Source: a phage
Strand: one strand, 5' to 3'
Length of the DNA: 42,242 nucleotides
Sequence record: PX871047.1
Shown one piece after another: positions 1 through 8,987 of the stretch (positions within the stretch are counted from its first letter, which is position 1; every line of letters starts with the position of its first letter). The notes below the pieces were generated by a model. It was given only the letters and a program-made list of their open reading frames with translations. It searched no databases and was not told the DNA's origin. Position numbers and translations under genes: made by a program.

Positions 1-53
1 GAGGTACGCGCTATCTGCTCACCTAAGCGACTTGGTAAACAGGAGAAGTGATT

Positions 54-326
54 ATGGTACAGAGATACGATTTAAAAGAAGACTGTGTTACAGGGCATAT
101 TGACTTAGAGAAAGACGCAGACGGTGACTGGGTGCGTTATGGGGACTACAAGGAACTGGACGGCAGTTTCCAGGACTACATAACCGCTACGGACATGGAA
201 ATCGAGGGGCTTGTGTCAAGACTGGCAGAAGTAAACGCTGAGTTACAGAAATACAAAGACCAGTTCCCGGATTACGTCGAGTGCGCGAACTGTGGGTCAA
301 TTACACATGTGGAAGGGGTGGTGTGA
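54..326 (+). CDS. hypothetical early protein (MVQRY paralog A)
   Basis: Track ORF 48..326; ATG at 54 preceded by AGGAGA; N-terminus MVQRYD. Confidence 0.5.
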   Translation: MVQRYDLKEDCVTGHIDLEKDADGDWVRYGDYKELDGSFQDYITATDMEIEGLVSRLAEVNAELQKYKDQFPDYVECANCGSITHVEGVV

Positions 327-508
327 TGGTACAGAGATATGAAGTTAGAGGGAGTGAAATTGGAAGTGGCGCGGATTGGGTCGCGGTCGTTACCTATGCG
401 GATTACGTAAAACTTGAGCTTAAGTTACGTAGGCTTGCCAAACAGGTGATAGACCGCCAGTGCGACTGGAAGACGTATGAATTAGCGCGCGAGATTCTCG
501 ACCTATGA
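326..508 (+). CDS. hypothetical early protein (MVQRY paralog B)
   Basis: ATG at 326 overlaps upstream stop (TGATG); GGAAGGGG upstream; N-terminus MVQRYE paralogous to the preceding gene. Confidence 0.5.
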   Translation: MVQRYEVRGSEIGSGADWVAVVTYADYVKLELKLRRLAKQVIDRQCDWKTYELAREILDL

Positions 509-798
509 GCCTCGCAACTGACATCCTGAAACGAAGCGGCCTTACGCCGCTATCACCGAGAGCGAACACCCGGATATACAAGCGCCGCCGTAATTCGCTA
601 TACTCTGAGATTCAGGCCAGACGCAAAGCTGTCCGAGCCTGTGGATTCCAGAACGGGAAGGCCGTGAACCTCGGTGAGTTTAAAACAAAGGAACGCGCCG
701 CAATCGCTAATCGGCTATTTAATTACTGGAAATCGCTGGGGTACGATGATATTCCGACGAAACCGCAGAGACGGCAATACATCTGGAGACACAAATAA
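505..798 (+). CDS. hypothetical basic protein
   Basis: 97-aa ORF, Arg/Lys-rich, start overlaps upstream stop. Confidence 0.5.
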   Translation: MSLATDILKRSGLTPLSPRANTRIYKRRRNSLYSEIQARRKAVRACGFQNGKAVNLGEFKTKERAAIANRLFNYWKSLGYDDIPTKPQRRQYIWRHK

Positions 799-828
799 AC
801 CGTTATTAGGATAATTCCTACCCGTGGT

Positions 829-868
829 ATCCTCCAGTTACTGCATACTTAATACGCACCTGGAGGAT
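829..868 (+). promoter_or_regulatory. stem-loop that would sequester the RBS of the holin-like gene
   Basis: 9-bp inverted repeat ATCCTCCAG (829-837) / CTGGAGGAT (860-868); 3' arm contains the GGAGGA SD for the TTG start at 874. Confidence 0.35.
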
Positions 869-873
869 TCATC

Positions 874-1182
874 TTGGATAAATTTACTGAAACAGTGACA
901 GGCTGGCTTCTGGCTGCCGCGCTAGCCGGAGGGGTAATCGGGCTACGACAACATAAGTCCGCTATTTCCGGCCCTATCGACGGATTCTGCTTTATCGCAA
1001 CTGGCTTCACTTGCGCTGTATTTGGCGCACCTCTTGCCGCTCAATGGTTTGGAATCACGGGCGACCGTGAAATCGCTGGCCTGGGCTTCATTATCGCTAT
1101 TCTCTGGATGCCTATCTATTCCCGTCTCTCCGGTATCGTTGCCGGAGAATACATCGCGCGTCGAGGAGGCACAGATGAATGA
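874..1182 (+). CDS. holin-like membrane protein
   Basis: TTG start 6 nt after GGAGGA; three hydrophobic segments; immediately upstream of lysozyme gene. Confidence 0.55.
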   Translation: MDKFTETVTGWLLAAALAGGVIGLRQHKSAISGPIDGFCFIATGFTCAVFGAPLAAQWFGITGDREIAGLGFIIAILWMPIYSRLSGIVAGEYIARRGGTDE

Positions 1183-1447
1183 GTTATTCTGGTTCGGCGG
1201 TATGCTGGCAATCGGGGGTACATCGCTGTTTAATGTGTACCATCCCAGCGTTGATGACGGGCTGTTCGGCCGGGTGCTCTATATCCTGACTGCTATCGTC
1301 TGCGCCGCCGGATGTATCCACCTGTTACAGGGCAGCATGTCACCAACACTGCCCGAGACATTAATCACATTAGTTGCGCTACGCCAGATTCGCCAGGCGT
1401 GGTTATCGTACGGAGGACATAAGCGTGTCTCGAAACATTTCAGATAA
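1175..1447 (+). CDS. second small membrane protein of the lysis cassette (holin/antiholin-like)
   Basis: ATG 1175 after GAGGAGG; overlaps upstream stop (ATGAATGA); two hydrophobic segments; track ORF begins 1022. Confidence 0.5.
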   Translation: MNELFWFGGMLAIGGTSLFNVYHPSVDDGLFGRVLYILTAIVCAAGCIHLLQGSMSPTLPETLITLVALRQIRQAWLSYGGHKRVSKHFR

Positions 1448-1910
1448 TGGATTGCATTTCACCGCTGCGTTCGAGGGATTCCGCGGGACTGCGTATCGTG
1501 CTACGCCTAACGAGAAGTACCTTACCATAGGCTACGGTAATTACGGCCCGCATGTTAAGGCGGGGCAAACCATCACGCCGGGGCAAGGCCTCCTGTTACT
1601 GAATCGCGATATGGCTAAGGCCGTAGCTGCGGTTGATGCAGCAGCGCACCATTCGCTTACACAGGCACAGTTCGATGCAGTGTGCGACCTGGTGTATAAC
1701 GCAGGTGCCGGCGTGATTGCCGCTACCACTGGTACGGGTAAGGCGCTGCGCACAGGCGATATTGCGACGCTGCGGGCTAAGCTAGCGCTGTTCATAAACC
1801 AGAACGGCAAACCGCTACTCGGCTTGCGTCGCCGTACAGCCGGGAGACTGGCATTATTTGACGGTAAACCGTGGCAAGAGGCTGAGGCTATTGGGAGGGC
1901 TGTTAAATGA
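1425..1910 (+). CDS. endolysin, phage lysozyme-like
   Basis: FEGFRG...YLTIGYGN motif resembling the catalytic region of T4-type lysozymes; GTG 1425 after GGAGGA (track ORF begins 1374). Confidence 0.7.
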   Translation: MSRNISDNGLHFTAAFEGFRGTAYRATPNEKYLTIGYGNYGPHVKAGQTITPGQGLLLLNRDMAKAVAAVDAAAHHSLTQAQFDAVCDLVYNAGAGVIAATTGTGKALRTGDIATLRAKLALFINQNGKPLLGLRRRTAGRLALFDGKPWQEAEAIGRAVK

Positions 1911-2037
1911 TGGACGAATATGAAGGCGTTTAGTAAACTTATCCCTACGCTGCTTGTGCTTGCATACTAAGCCCCGGTAAACCTGAAGCAGCAGCCCAAG
2001 CGGTGGAGACTGCGTAGGGTTCAGGGGCTTATGACCG

Positions 2038-2068
2038 AAACCCGGACCGCGAATCCGGGTTTTATTTT
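2038..2068 (+). terminator. intrinsic terminator
   Basis: AAACCCGGA / TCCGGGTTT stem followed by TATTTT. Confidence 0.6.
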
Positions 2069-2141
2069 ACCAATTGACACCTAAGACTAATCCGACGATA
2101 CTTAAATCACCTCCTGTTCTATCCCTCTGCTCTCCAGTTTT

Positions 2142-2173
2142 ATCCCGGCCCTGACCCAGCCGGGATTTTTTTT
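2142..2173 (+). terminator. intrinsic terminator
   Basis: ATCCCGGC / GCCGGGAT stem followed by seven T. Confidence 0.75.
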
Positions 2174-2195
2174 ATCCATTTTCTGCTATGACTAG

Positions 2196-2224
2196 TTGAC
2201 TATTACCCTCGACCCTATTATATT
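2196..2224 (+). promoter_or_regulatory. sigma70-like promoter for small-gene block 2258-4168
   Basis: TTGACT - 17 nt - TATATT. Confidence 0.5.
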
Positions 2225-2331
2225 TACTCCATCGACAACGAGAACGGAGTAGAGAAGATGAGTAACTTCCATAACGAACATGTGATGCAGTTCTACCGCA
2301 ATAATCTGAAAACTAAAGGAGTGTTTGGAAA

Positions 2332-2481
2332 ATGAAAATCACAGATATCGAAGCATTCAAAGACGCACAACTGATGGCACGTATCGCCGTTAGTAACCTT
2401 AGTAGCAGTATCCCCGCTGACGCGTTCTGGTTCGCTGCGATGCAGACACTTAAAGCAGCATATGCAGGAGAGAAGAAATGA
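2332..2481 (+). CDS. hypothetical small protein (49 aa)
   Basis: ATG after AAGGAG; below track size cut-off; stop overlaps next start. Confidence 0.35.
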   Translation: MKITDIEAFKDAQLMARIAVSNLSSSIPADAFWFAAMQTLKAAYAGEKK

Positions 2482-2675
2482 AAGTTAAAGCAGCTAAAAT
2501 TCTCTGGTTACCCGCCCTTGACTATGTGACAGAGGGTAAAGTGTATGACGTATACAACCCGAAAACTACTGGTTTTGGTTATATAGTTGCCGATGACGGC
2601 TGTGATATTTACATAGACTTTGGTAGCGATGAAGGTGATGGTTTCCACGGCGTTAAATGGGAGATTGTCGAATGA
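2478..2675 (+). CDS. hypothetical protein
   Basis: Track ORF; GGAGAGAAG upstream. Confidence 0.5.
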   Translation: MKVKAAKILWLPALDYVTEGKVYDVYNPKTTGFGYIVADDGCDIYIDFGSDEGDGFHGVKWEIVE

Positions 2676-2827
2676 GCGAACAAACACCAATCAGCCAACC
2701 GTTACGAGTAGGCCGTAAAGTCAGTCACATCCCGTTCCCGACACGCGAGGAACTGATGAAACGTAACAGTTTCCCGGGACCGGACAAGAACAAGTATCTC
2801 AATCGCATGTGGGGAGAGAAGAAATGA
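2672..2827 (+). CDS. hypothetical small protein (51 aa)
   Basis: ATGA overlaps at both ends with flanking genes. Confidence 0.35.
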   Translation: MSEQTPISQPLRVGRKVSHIPFPTREELMKRNSFPGPDKNKYLNRMWGEKK

Positions 2828-3060
2828 CTGACCGTGAATACGAAAAGATGATGGTAGAGGCTGTTAACGGCGGCATAGACATCAGCCACGTGATGCACGT
2901 CCTGAATACTAAAATCGCTGTAGCGGAGCAAATGGTTGAGTCGCTTTATGAGACGCGCCGTGAACTGATTAACCGCTTCAACCTAAATAAGGGGCGCGCT
3001 ATTTCTGATGATTTCGATGGTGATTACCGAAATGGTGATTTTTATGAGGGAGCCGAATAA
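2824..3060 (+). CDS. hypothetical protein
   Basis: Track ORF 2809..3060; ATG 2824 after GGGGAGAGAAG. Confidence 0.5.
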   Translation: MTDREYEKMMVEAVNGGIDISHVMHVLNTKIAVAEQMVESLYETRRELINRFNLNKGRAISDDFDGDYRNGDFYEGAE

Positions 3061-3299
3061 TGCCTAAAATCACAATCGCATCGCTGGAGCGCCGTATTCT
3101 GGTGCTTGAGTCAGAGAAACAGACGTTAGGCGGGCAACTGTCAATTAATGGTGAGTTTCAACTGGAGGCGTTTAAGTTGTTGCTTGATAAGTTGAAAGCG
3201 GACGAAAAGCCTTGCGAGCACGATTACTACCTACATGTGGTTGGTGGATTACATCGGGCCACGTGCATCAAATGCGGTAAAGCGTATGGAGTCGCCTAA
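3060..3299 (+). CDS. hypothetical protein with Cys/His cluster
   Basis: Track ORF; C-terminal CxH...CxxC pattern. Confidence 0.5.
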   Translation: MPKITIASLERRILVLESEKQTLGGQLSINGEFQLEAFKLLLDKLKADEKPCEHDYYLHVVGGLHRATCIKCGKAYGVA

Positions 3300-3468
3300 G
3301 CCGGTAGTTATTGAGGGCGTCCTGTGGAAACCTTACTCGGTTAACCACATCGACGCCGACGGGAAGAAGTTCAGCTTCTACATTTTTGCAATTAGCCGGG
3401 AGCACGCCGCTTGTGTGGTAGACGATATACGAGAAACGGCGTGGCTTGGTGATGAGATAGTGGGGTAA
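3286..3468 (+). CDS. hypothetical protein
   Basis: Track ORF 3235..3468; internal ATG 3286 chosen to limit overlap; start uncertain. Confidence 0.4.
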   Translation: MESPKPVVIEGVLWKPYSVNHIDADGKKFSFYIFAISREHAACVVDDIRETAWLGDEIVG

Positions 3469-3555
3469 GAGTATGAGTCTAGAGGTGGTTATCGGTCTGG
3501 TTGGTCTTAGTTACTTCGTTGGGCTGTTGGTCGGGTTTATGTGGGGTAGATACTA

Positions 3556-3837
3556 ATGGCACGCACTGTTGCATCGAGATTCACTGATATTGAATCTGCG
3601 ATAGAAGAAGCTGTTTATAGCAAATTCTGTAACCCCTCTGCGACCCATAACTATGGGGTTATTATTAAATACGGCAAGTTTGAAATCAGGAGAGTGCGCG
3701 CCGGTCGTCCGCACGAGTTTTTATGGACCACAGAAAGCCTCATCCCGCGATGCCACGTTTACACAAGCGGTGCACATACGATTTTTGTAGACCTGGACAA
3801 GAAAGATATTACTGTCACTAAAGGAGAGACAAATTGA
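3556..3837 (+). CDS. hypothetical protein
   Basis: Track ORF. Confidence 0.5.
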   Translation: MARTVASRFTDIESAIEEAVYSKFCNPSATHNYGVIIKYGKFEIRRVRAGRPHEFLWTTESLIPRCHVYTSGAHTIFVDLDKKDITVTKGETN

Positions 3838-4070
3838 TTACCAGCATCCCTAAACTGATCGAAGAGTACGGCAATATGTCTGAGACATGCCGACAAACCG
3901 GCATCAGCGAAATGACGATTGCGAAGTACCGCAACGACGTGAACTGCGAGCGACATGTAATTTATAACAACCGTCTGATGACACACGTTAAGACAAGCCC
4001 GGTGTTATTCACGCGCCGTGGTATCACTAAAACTGAGCAACGCATTGCTAAAGAGGAGAGCGGGGAATGA
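3834..4070 (+). CDS. hypothetical protein
   Basis: Track ORF; start overlaps upstream stop. Confidence 0.5.
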   Translation: MITSIPKLIEEYGNMSETCRQTGISEMTIAKYRNDVNCERHVIYNNRLMTHVKTSPVLFTRRGITKTEQRIAKEESGE

Positions 4071-4171
4071 AATTGCTAATCATCCCTAACGCTTGGGCTA
4101 TCGCTGTAGCTAACGACCACTACGGCGGCGACGGTAAAAGAGCACCGCGACACGGCCTATATAACTGATAC

Positions 4172-4194
4172 AAGCCCTCTACGGAGGGCTTTTC
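4172..4194 (+). terminator. intrinsic terminator
   Basis: AAGCCCTC / GAGGGCTT stem followed by TTTC. Confidence 0.55.
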
Positions 4195-4224
4195 TGTACA
4201 TCCCGCCCAATCCCCTTATATAAT
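4195..4224 (+). promoter_or_regulatory. possible promoter upstream of terminase genes
   Basis: TATAAT at 4219-4224 with weak -35 (TGTACA/GTACAT). Confidence 0.3.
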
Positions 4225-4289
4225 CCCTTTAGACGCGCAGGGCGCGTCTGGTGCGCTCTGATGGTCAGACGCATATGCAAGGGGATTAT

Positions 4290-4838
4290 ATGAAGCTGAA
4301 ACTCAAGCAGCCATCGCCAGAGGTGGTGCAAGCTGCACATGAAGAAGCTGTTAGCGCAAACCGTCGCCGTAAACGACCGCGCGGTGAACAGAGCCTTTAT
4401 CAATCGTCCCGTAATTCCGCAGCGTTGTGGGACACGGACTATTGCGACGAATTGATTCGTTTCTTCGACCGCACGTCATGGGAGGCTATGCCGACCGGTG
4501 CGCACGGAGACTACAAAGCAGTCATTGCGGATAAACCGCCATCACTGGCTCGCTTCGCCTTACACATCGGTGTCACTATCCCGATTATTAAGCTGTGGCT
4601 GCGTGAGATTCCGGCTTTCGCAGAAGCCTATGAAACTGCACAGGCGCTGGAAGAGGCGTATTTCACCGAGACCGGGGCCGCCGGTATCTCGGCTACGTTT
4701 GCCGCCGCGAAGCTGGGCCTCGGAAAAGAGAAACCAGTTGAATCAAGCGAAGAAACTGCACCTACTGAGATTATTTTCAGTGTTGCAGAGCCCGTGGGTA
4801 AAATCGTAACAACGAATATGGGTGAGGTAGAGGAATGA
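4290..4838 (+). CDS. terminase small subunit (putative)
   Basis: Immediately upstream of and overlapping terminase large subunit; ATG 4290 (track ORF begins 4251). Confidence 0.5.
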   Translation: MKLKLKQPSPEVVQAAHEEAVSANRRRKRPRGEQSLYQSSRNSAALWDTDYCDELIRFFDRTSWEAMPTGAHGDYKAVIADKPPSLARFALHIGVTIPIIKLWLREIPAFAEAYETAQALEEAYFTETGAAGISATFAAAKLGLGKEKPVESSEETAPTEIIFSVAEPVGKIVTTNMGEVEE

Positions 4839-6085
4839 GTATTCAGCTATCCGCCCCGCAGGCACTGTTCCTGAATTGCGATAACAAATACAAGGCCTAT
4901 GTCGGCGGCTTCGGCAGCGGCAAGACATTTGTCGGCTGTCTGGACCTGCTTACTTTTATGCTAAAGCATCCCGGTACGCGCCTCGGTTACTTCGGACCAA
5001 CATACCCGGCCATCCGCGACATCTTCTACCCGACATTCGAGGAAGCGGCTAACCTGCTCGGCCTCGATGTTCTGGTTAAATCCGGAGATAAAGAGGTTGT
5101 TGTTACCCGCGGTAAGACGGTGCTCGGAACTGTTATCTGCCGCTCGATGGATAACCCCGGCTCGATAGTCGGCTTCAAAATCGCGGCTGCGGTCGTGGAT
5201 GAGCTGGACGTATTGAGCCGCGAGAAAGCTGAGCTGGCGTGGAACAAAATCGTAGCCCGTATGCGTCTTGTTATTCCTGGCGTAACCAACCACATCTCTG
5301 TAACCACGACGCCGGAAGGGTTCAAGTTCGTCTACGCCAAGTTCAAAGAGAATCCGACACCGAGTTATTCAATGGTGCAGGCTTCCACTCACGAGAACGC
5401 GCGGTTCCTGCCGCCTGACTACATTAGTTCGCTGACCGAGACTTACCCCGCGCAACTGATTAACGCGTACCTGAACGGGGAGTTCGTCAACCTGACATCC
5501 GGCAGCGTGTACTACGCCTATGACCGCCGTAAGCATCGCAGCAAAGAGACAATTCAACCGGGCGACACGTTGTACATCGGGCAGGACTTCAACGTTACGA
5601 AGAACGCCAGCGCCGTGTATGTACAGCGTAAAGATGGCTGGCACGCGGTGGCGGAACTGAAGGGTCTGTTCGATACGCCAGACACCGTGCGTGTAATTAC
5701 TGAGAAGTGGAAGTCCCAAGGACACCGCATCGTCGTTTACCCCGACGCCAGCGGCAAGAACCGCAAGACAAACTCGGCATCAATCTCAGATATCGCATTA
5801 CTCCAGCAGGCCGGTTTTGATGTTCGCGCTAAACCAGCCAACCCTCCGGTTAAAGACCGTGTTTTAGCAGTGAATACCGCGCTGGAAAAAGGTAAGCTGT
5901 GGGTTAATGACCACTTATGCCCGGAGATAGCCAAGACGCTGGAGCAGCAGGCATACGACGATAACGGAGAGCCCGCTAAAGACGGCGTTATCGACCATAT
6001 GGCGGATGCTCTCGGCTATCCTGTAGTTTACGAGATGCCGGTGGTTAAACCAGTAATCAACATCCCGGTGACTTTCGCACTTTAA
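4835..6085 (+). CDS. terminase large subunit
   Basis: N-terminal Walker A GGFGSGKT; position before portal. Confidence 0.8.
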   Translation: MSIQLSAPQALFLNCDNKYKAYVGGFGSGKTFVGCLDLLTFMLKHPGTRLGYFGPTYPAIRDIFYPTFEEAANLLGLDVLVKSGDKEVVVTRGKTVLGTVICRSMDNPGSIVGFKIAAAVVDELDVLSREKAELAWNKIVARMRLVIPGVTNHISVTTTPEGFKFVYAKFKENPTPSYSMVQASTHENARFLPPDYISSLTETYPAQLINAYLNGEFVNLTSGSVYYAYDRRKHRSKETIQPGDTLYIGQDFNVTKNASAVYVQRKDGWHAVAELKGLFDTPDTVRVITEKWKSQGHRIVVYPDASGKNRKTNSASISDIALLQQAGFDVRAKPANPPVKDRVLAVNTALEKGKLWVNDHLCPEIAKTLEQQAYDDNGEPAKDGVIDHMADALGYPVVYEMPVVKPVINIPVTFAL

Positions 6086-6097
6086 GAGGATTATTCA

Positions 6098-7570
6098 ATG
6101 TTAACTATGAACGGTCAGAATCAGGGTGTTAAGACAAAACACCAGGAATGGCTGCAGCACTTCAATAAATGGCAGAAGGTTCGCCATGCTCTGGAAGGCG
6201 ACCTTATTCGCTATCTTCGCAACGTCGGGAAGAATGAGCCTGACCCGACCTACGCGGCCCAGCGCCAGGAAGAATACGAGAACGGCGCCATCTGCTACAA
6301 CTTCACCAAACGTACCCTGGCGGGGATGGTCGGCAGCGTTATGCGTAAAGACCCCGAGCAGATTATCCCGCCTGAACTGGAGTACCTGTTGCGCAACGCC
6401 GACGGTTCCGGTGTCGGGCTGTGGCAGCACGCGCAGGATACGCTAATGGAGATTGACTCAGTGGGCCGTGGCGGGTTGCTGGTGGACGCCCCGGAGACAG
6501 CCGCAGCAACGGCGGCAGAGCAGAACGCAGGGTTGTTAAACCCGGTCATCGCATTCTACACCGCAGAGAACATCATCAACTGGCGGCTGACACGCATCGG
6601 TTCAGTTAACCGCGTGACGATGGTCGTGCTGCGCGAGGCATGGGAGTACTCAGAACCTGGCGCGGAATTTGATACCAAGTTCGGCGAGCAATACCGCGTC
6701 CTTGACCTGATTGACGGTCGCTACCGCCAGCGCATCTATCGCTTCGATGCCGAAGGTGGCGCTCAGGATGAAGTAATCGAAATATTCCCGGAGCTTGGCG
6801 AACAGTTGCGCGGCAAAATCCCGTTCACGTTCATTGGGGCAAGCAACAACGATGCAACCATTGACGACGCACCTTTGCTGCCGTTGGCTGAGCTTAATAT
6901 TGGGCATTTCCGCAACAGCGCGGACAATGAGGAATCCAGCTTCGTTGTAGGGCAGCCCACTCTGTTCATCGCCCCTGGCGAGAACATGAGCGTGGAACAG
7001 TGGAAAGAAGCCAACCCTCACGGCGTGCGCATGGGGTCGCGCTCAGGCCATAACATCGGTTACGGCGGCAACGCGTTTCTGGTTCAGGCCGGAGAGAACA
7101 ACCTCGCCAAACAGAACATGCTGGATAAAGAGAATCAGGCCATCCAGATTGGTGCGCAGCTTATCACGCCGACGCAGCAGATTACCGCTGAATCAGCCCG
7201 CCTGCAACGTGGCGCTGATACATCCGTAATGGCAACCATTGCGCGTAACGTAAGCATGGCATACACAGAGGCGTTGCGTTGGGTGGCTGCTATGCTTGGG
7301 CTGCGTGAAGGCACGGAGATTGAGTTCAAACTGAACATGGAGTTCTTCCTGCAACCGATGACGGCGCAAGACCGCGCACAGTGGATGGCAGACATTAACG
7401 CTGGTTTACTGCCAGCAACCGCCTACTACTCCGCGCTGCGTAAGGCCGGGGTAACTGACTGGACCGACGAGGATATTCAGAACGCTATCGAAGACGCACC
7501 GCTGCCGTTAGGCGCCGCTTCTCAGGTAGCAGGAGAAATTCCGCAGTCGGCGCAGCAACAGCAGGAGTAA
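6098..7570 (+). CDS. portal protein (putative)
   Basis: 490-aa ORF directly after terminase large subunit; AAGAGGA RBS. Confidence 0.6.
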   Translation: MLTMNGQNQGVKTKHQEWLQHFNKWQKVRHALEGDLIRYLRNVGKNEPDPTYAAQRQEEYENGAICYNFTKRTLAGMVGSVMRKDPEQIIPPELEYLLRNADGSGVGLWQHAQDTLMEIDSVGRGGLLVDAPETAAATAAEQNAGLLNPVIAFYTAENIINWRLTRIGSVNRVTMVVLREAWEYSEPGAEFDTKFGEQYRVLDLIDGRYRQRIYRFDAEGGAQDEVIEIFPELGEQLRGKIPFTFIGASNNDATIDDAPLLPLAELNIGHFRNSADNEESSFVVGQPTLFIAPGENMSVEQWKEANPHGVRMGSRSGHNIGYGGNAFLVQAGENNLAKQNMLDKENQAIQIGAQLITPTQQITAESARLQRGADTSVMATIARNVSMAYTEALRWVAAMLGLREGTEIEFKLNMEFFLQPMTAQDRAQWMADINAGLLPATAYYSALRKAGVTDWTDEDIQNAIEDAPLPLGAASQVAGEIPQSAQQQQE

Positions 7571-7575
7571 AGAAA

Positions 7576-7602
7576 AAGGCCCCTTAAGGGGCCTTAGTTT
7601 TA
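7576..7602. terminator. bidirectional intrinsic terminator
   Basis: AAGGCCCC / GGGGCCTT stem; A-run upstream and T-rich downstream. Confidence 0.65.
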
Positions 7603-7845
7603 TCGCACTCTCATAAATAGCTTACCTTTGCGTTGCAACAAATCCATACCGACAGCACCTTCGCCAGATTTGTTCGGACGGCGCATTAAACTAAAGTTCC
7701 ATACTCTAGCTTTTGAAGCATCTTTCGCATTGCACACCCAAAGTCTACCATTTTCTCTTAGGTCAAATAAGTCCGATATACTGAGATTATTAACCGGTAT
7801 GAAACCGCCAATGAACTCACGTTCGCAACTAGGTAATTCCTGCAT
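7600..7845 (-). CDS. hypothetical protein, reverse-strand gene within the head module
   Basis: AGGAGG 5 nt before ATG; own promoter 7871-7899; ends at the bidirectional terminator; AT-rich. Confidence 0.6.
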   Translation of the reverse strand: MQELPSCEREFIGGFIPVNNLSISDLFDLRENGRLWVCNAKDASKARVWNFSLMRRPNKSGEGAVGMDLLQRKGKLFMRVR

Positions 7846-7870
7846 ACACCCTCCTGTTTAAGTTAACTGA

Positions 7871-7899
7871 ATAGTACCCTATTATATTGGTGTCTGCAA
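7871..7899 (-). promoter_or_regulatory. promoter with embedded AATAG-N4-CTATT dyad (type A)
   Basis: Minus strand reads TTGCAG - 17 nt - TACTAT; dyad at 7870-7883. Confidence 0.55.
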
Positions 7900-7943
7900 A
7901 TATTATTTTTATGCGTTACACTGGCGATACTACAGGAGGGCAT

Positions 7944-8987
7944 ATGAGCTTACTTACATCCCTAATTAGCCACCAGATATGGCTACAACGCACCGCATCC
8001 GGCGAGGTGAAAGACCTTGCGCCGTTCATTCAGGAAATGCGGGACGAAATCAAACGGCAGGTGTTGCTGTTCGGCGACGACGGTCGCAGCACCGCGCGAC
8101 TGAATAAACTGTTACGTGACCTCGAAGAAGCACTGACCGGGCTTACAGGCGACTGGCAAACGAAGCTGACAGAAGACCTAAAGGAACTGGCGGCGTATGA
8201 GGCCGAGTGGAACGTGAAGACACTGACGACTAACGTTAACGCGGAATTTGTTACGCCTACCGCCGAACAGGTGTGGGCCGCTGCCGAGTTTCAGCCCTTA
8301 TCATTAAGTGACAAGCCCGTTGATTTCGCCAAGCTGATGGATGGCTGGGGTGAAACAGAAGTATCGCGACTGGTAACTGGTGTTAAGATGGGTTTCGTTC
8401 AAGGCCAAACCACACGGCAGATTGTTAAAAATGTCGTTGGCGCTGGCGGACTGGCGGACATCTCTGAGCGCAACGCAGCTACGGTAACCCGCACCGCGCT
8501 GTCGCACATATCCAACGAAGCACGCAACGAGACGTACCGTCAGAACGACGACATCATCGAGAAATATGAATGGGTATCGACGCTTGACAGCCGTACCAGT
8601 ACGATTTGCAGAGCCAGGGACGGAATGACGTGGGAAATCGGTAAGGGGCCGATGCCCCCCGCCCATTTTGGCTGCCGAAGCACCACAGCACCTGTAATCA
8701 GTTCAGAATTCGACTTCCTCGATAAAGACGCAAAACGTGCAGCTAAGGGTGCGGACGGCGGAACTCAGGTAAGCGTGGACACCTCTTACTACGAGTTCCT
8801 AAAACAACAACCGGCATGGTTTCAGGATGAAGCACTCGGTCCTGTTCGCGGTAAGATTTTCCGCAACAGCGGTATATCGCCGGAAGAGTTTCGCGTAATA
8901 TCTGTAGATGGTTTCGGGAATCCGCTTACGCTTAAGCAGATGGCGGAACTCGATAAACGTGTTGCTGATTATCTGAAAGGGGAATAA
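7944..8987 (+). CDS. head morphogenesis protein (putative)
   Basis: Position after portal; ATG 7944 after AGGAGG (track ORF begins 7887 inside the promoter motif). Confidence 0.5.
   Translation: MSLLTSLISHQIWLQRTASGEVKDLAPFIQEMRDEIKRQVLLFGDDGRSTARLNKLLRDLEEALTGLTGDWQTKLTEDLKELAAYEAEWNVKTLTTNVNAEFVTPTAEQVWAAAEFQPLSLSDKPVDFAKLMDGWGETEVSRLVTGVKMGFVQGQTTRQIVKNVVGAGGLADISERNAATVTRTALSHISNEARNETYRQNDDIIEKYEWVSTLDSRTSTICRARDGMTWEIGKGPMPPAHFGCRSTTAPVISSEFDFLDKDAKRAAKGADGGTQVSVDTSYYEFLKQQPAWFQDEALGPVRGKIFRNSGISPEEFRVISVDGFGNPLTLKQMAELDKRVADYLKGE

Noticed and set aside
2074-2102. Possible promoter TTGACA - 17 nt - GATACT between two terminators
   Set aside because: Weak -10 and no gene before the next terminator at 2142; left uncalled.
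2258-2335. 25-codon ORF after promoter 2196-2224
   Set aside because: Has a plausible RBS but is too short to support on sequence alone; may be a leader peptide.
3473-3556. 27-codon hydrophobic ORF between 3468 and 3556
   Set aside because: Weak RBS and very short; possibly real membrane peptide but not supported enough to call.
4067-4168. 33-codon ORF overlapping the stop of 3834..4070
   Set aside because: ATGA-coupled but no other support; left as unconfirmed.
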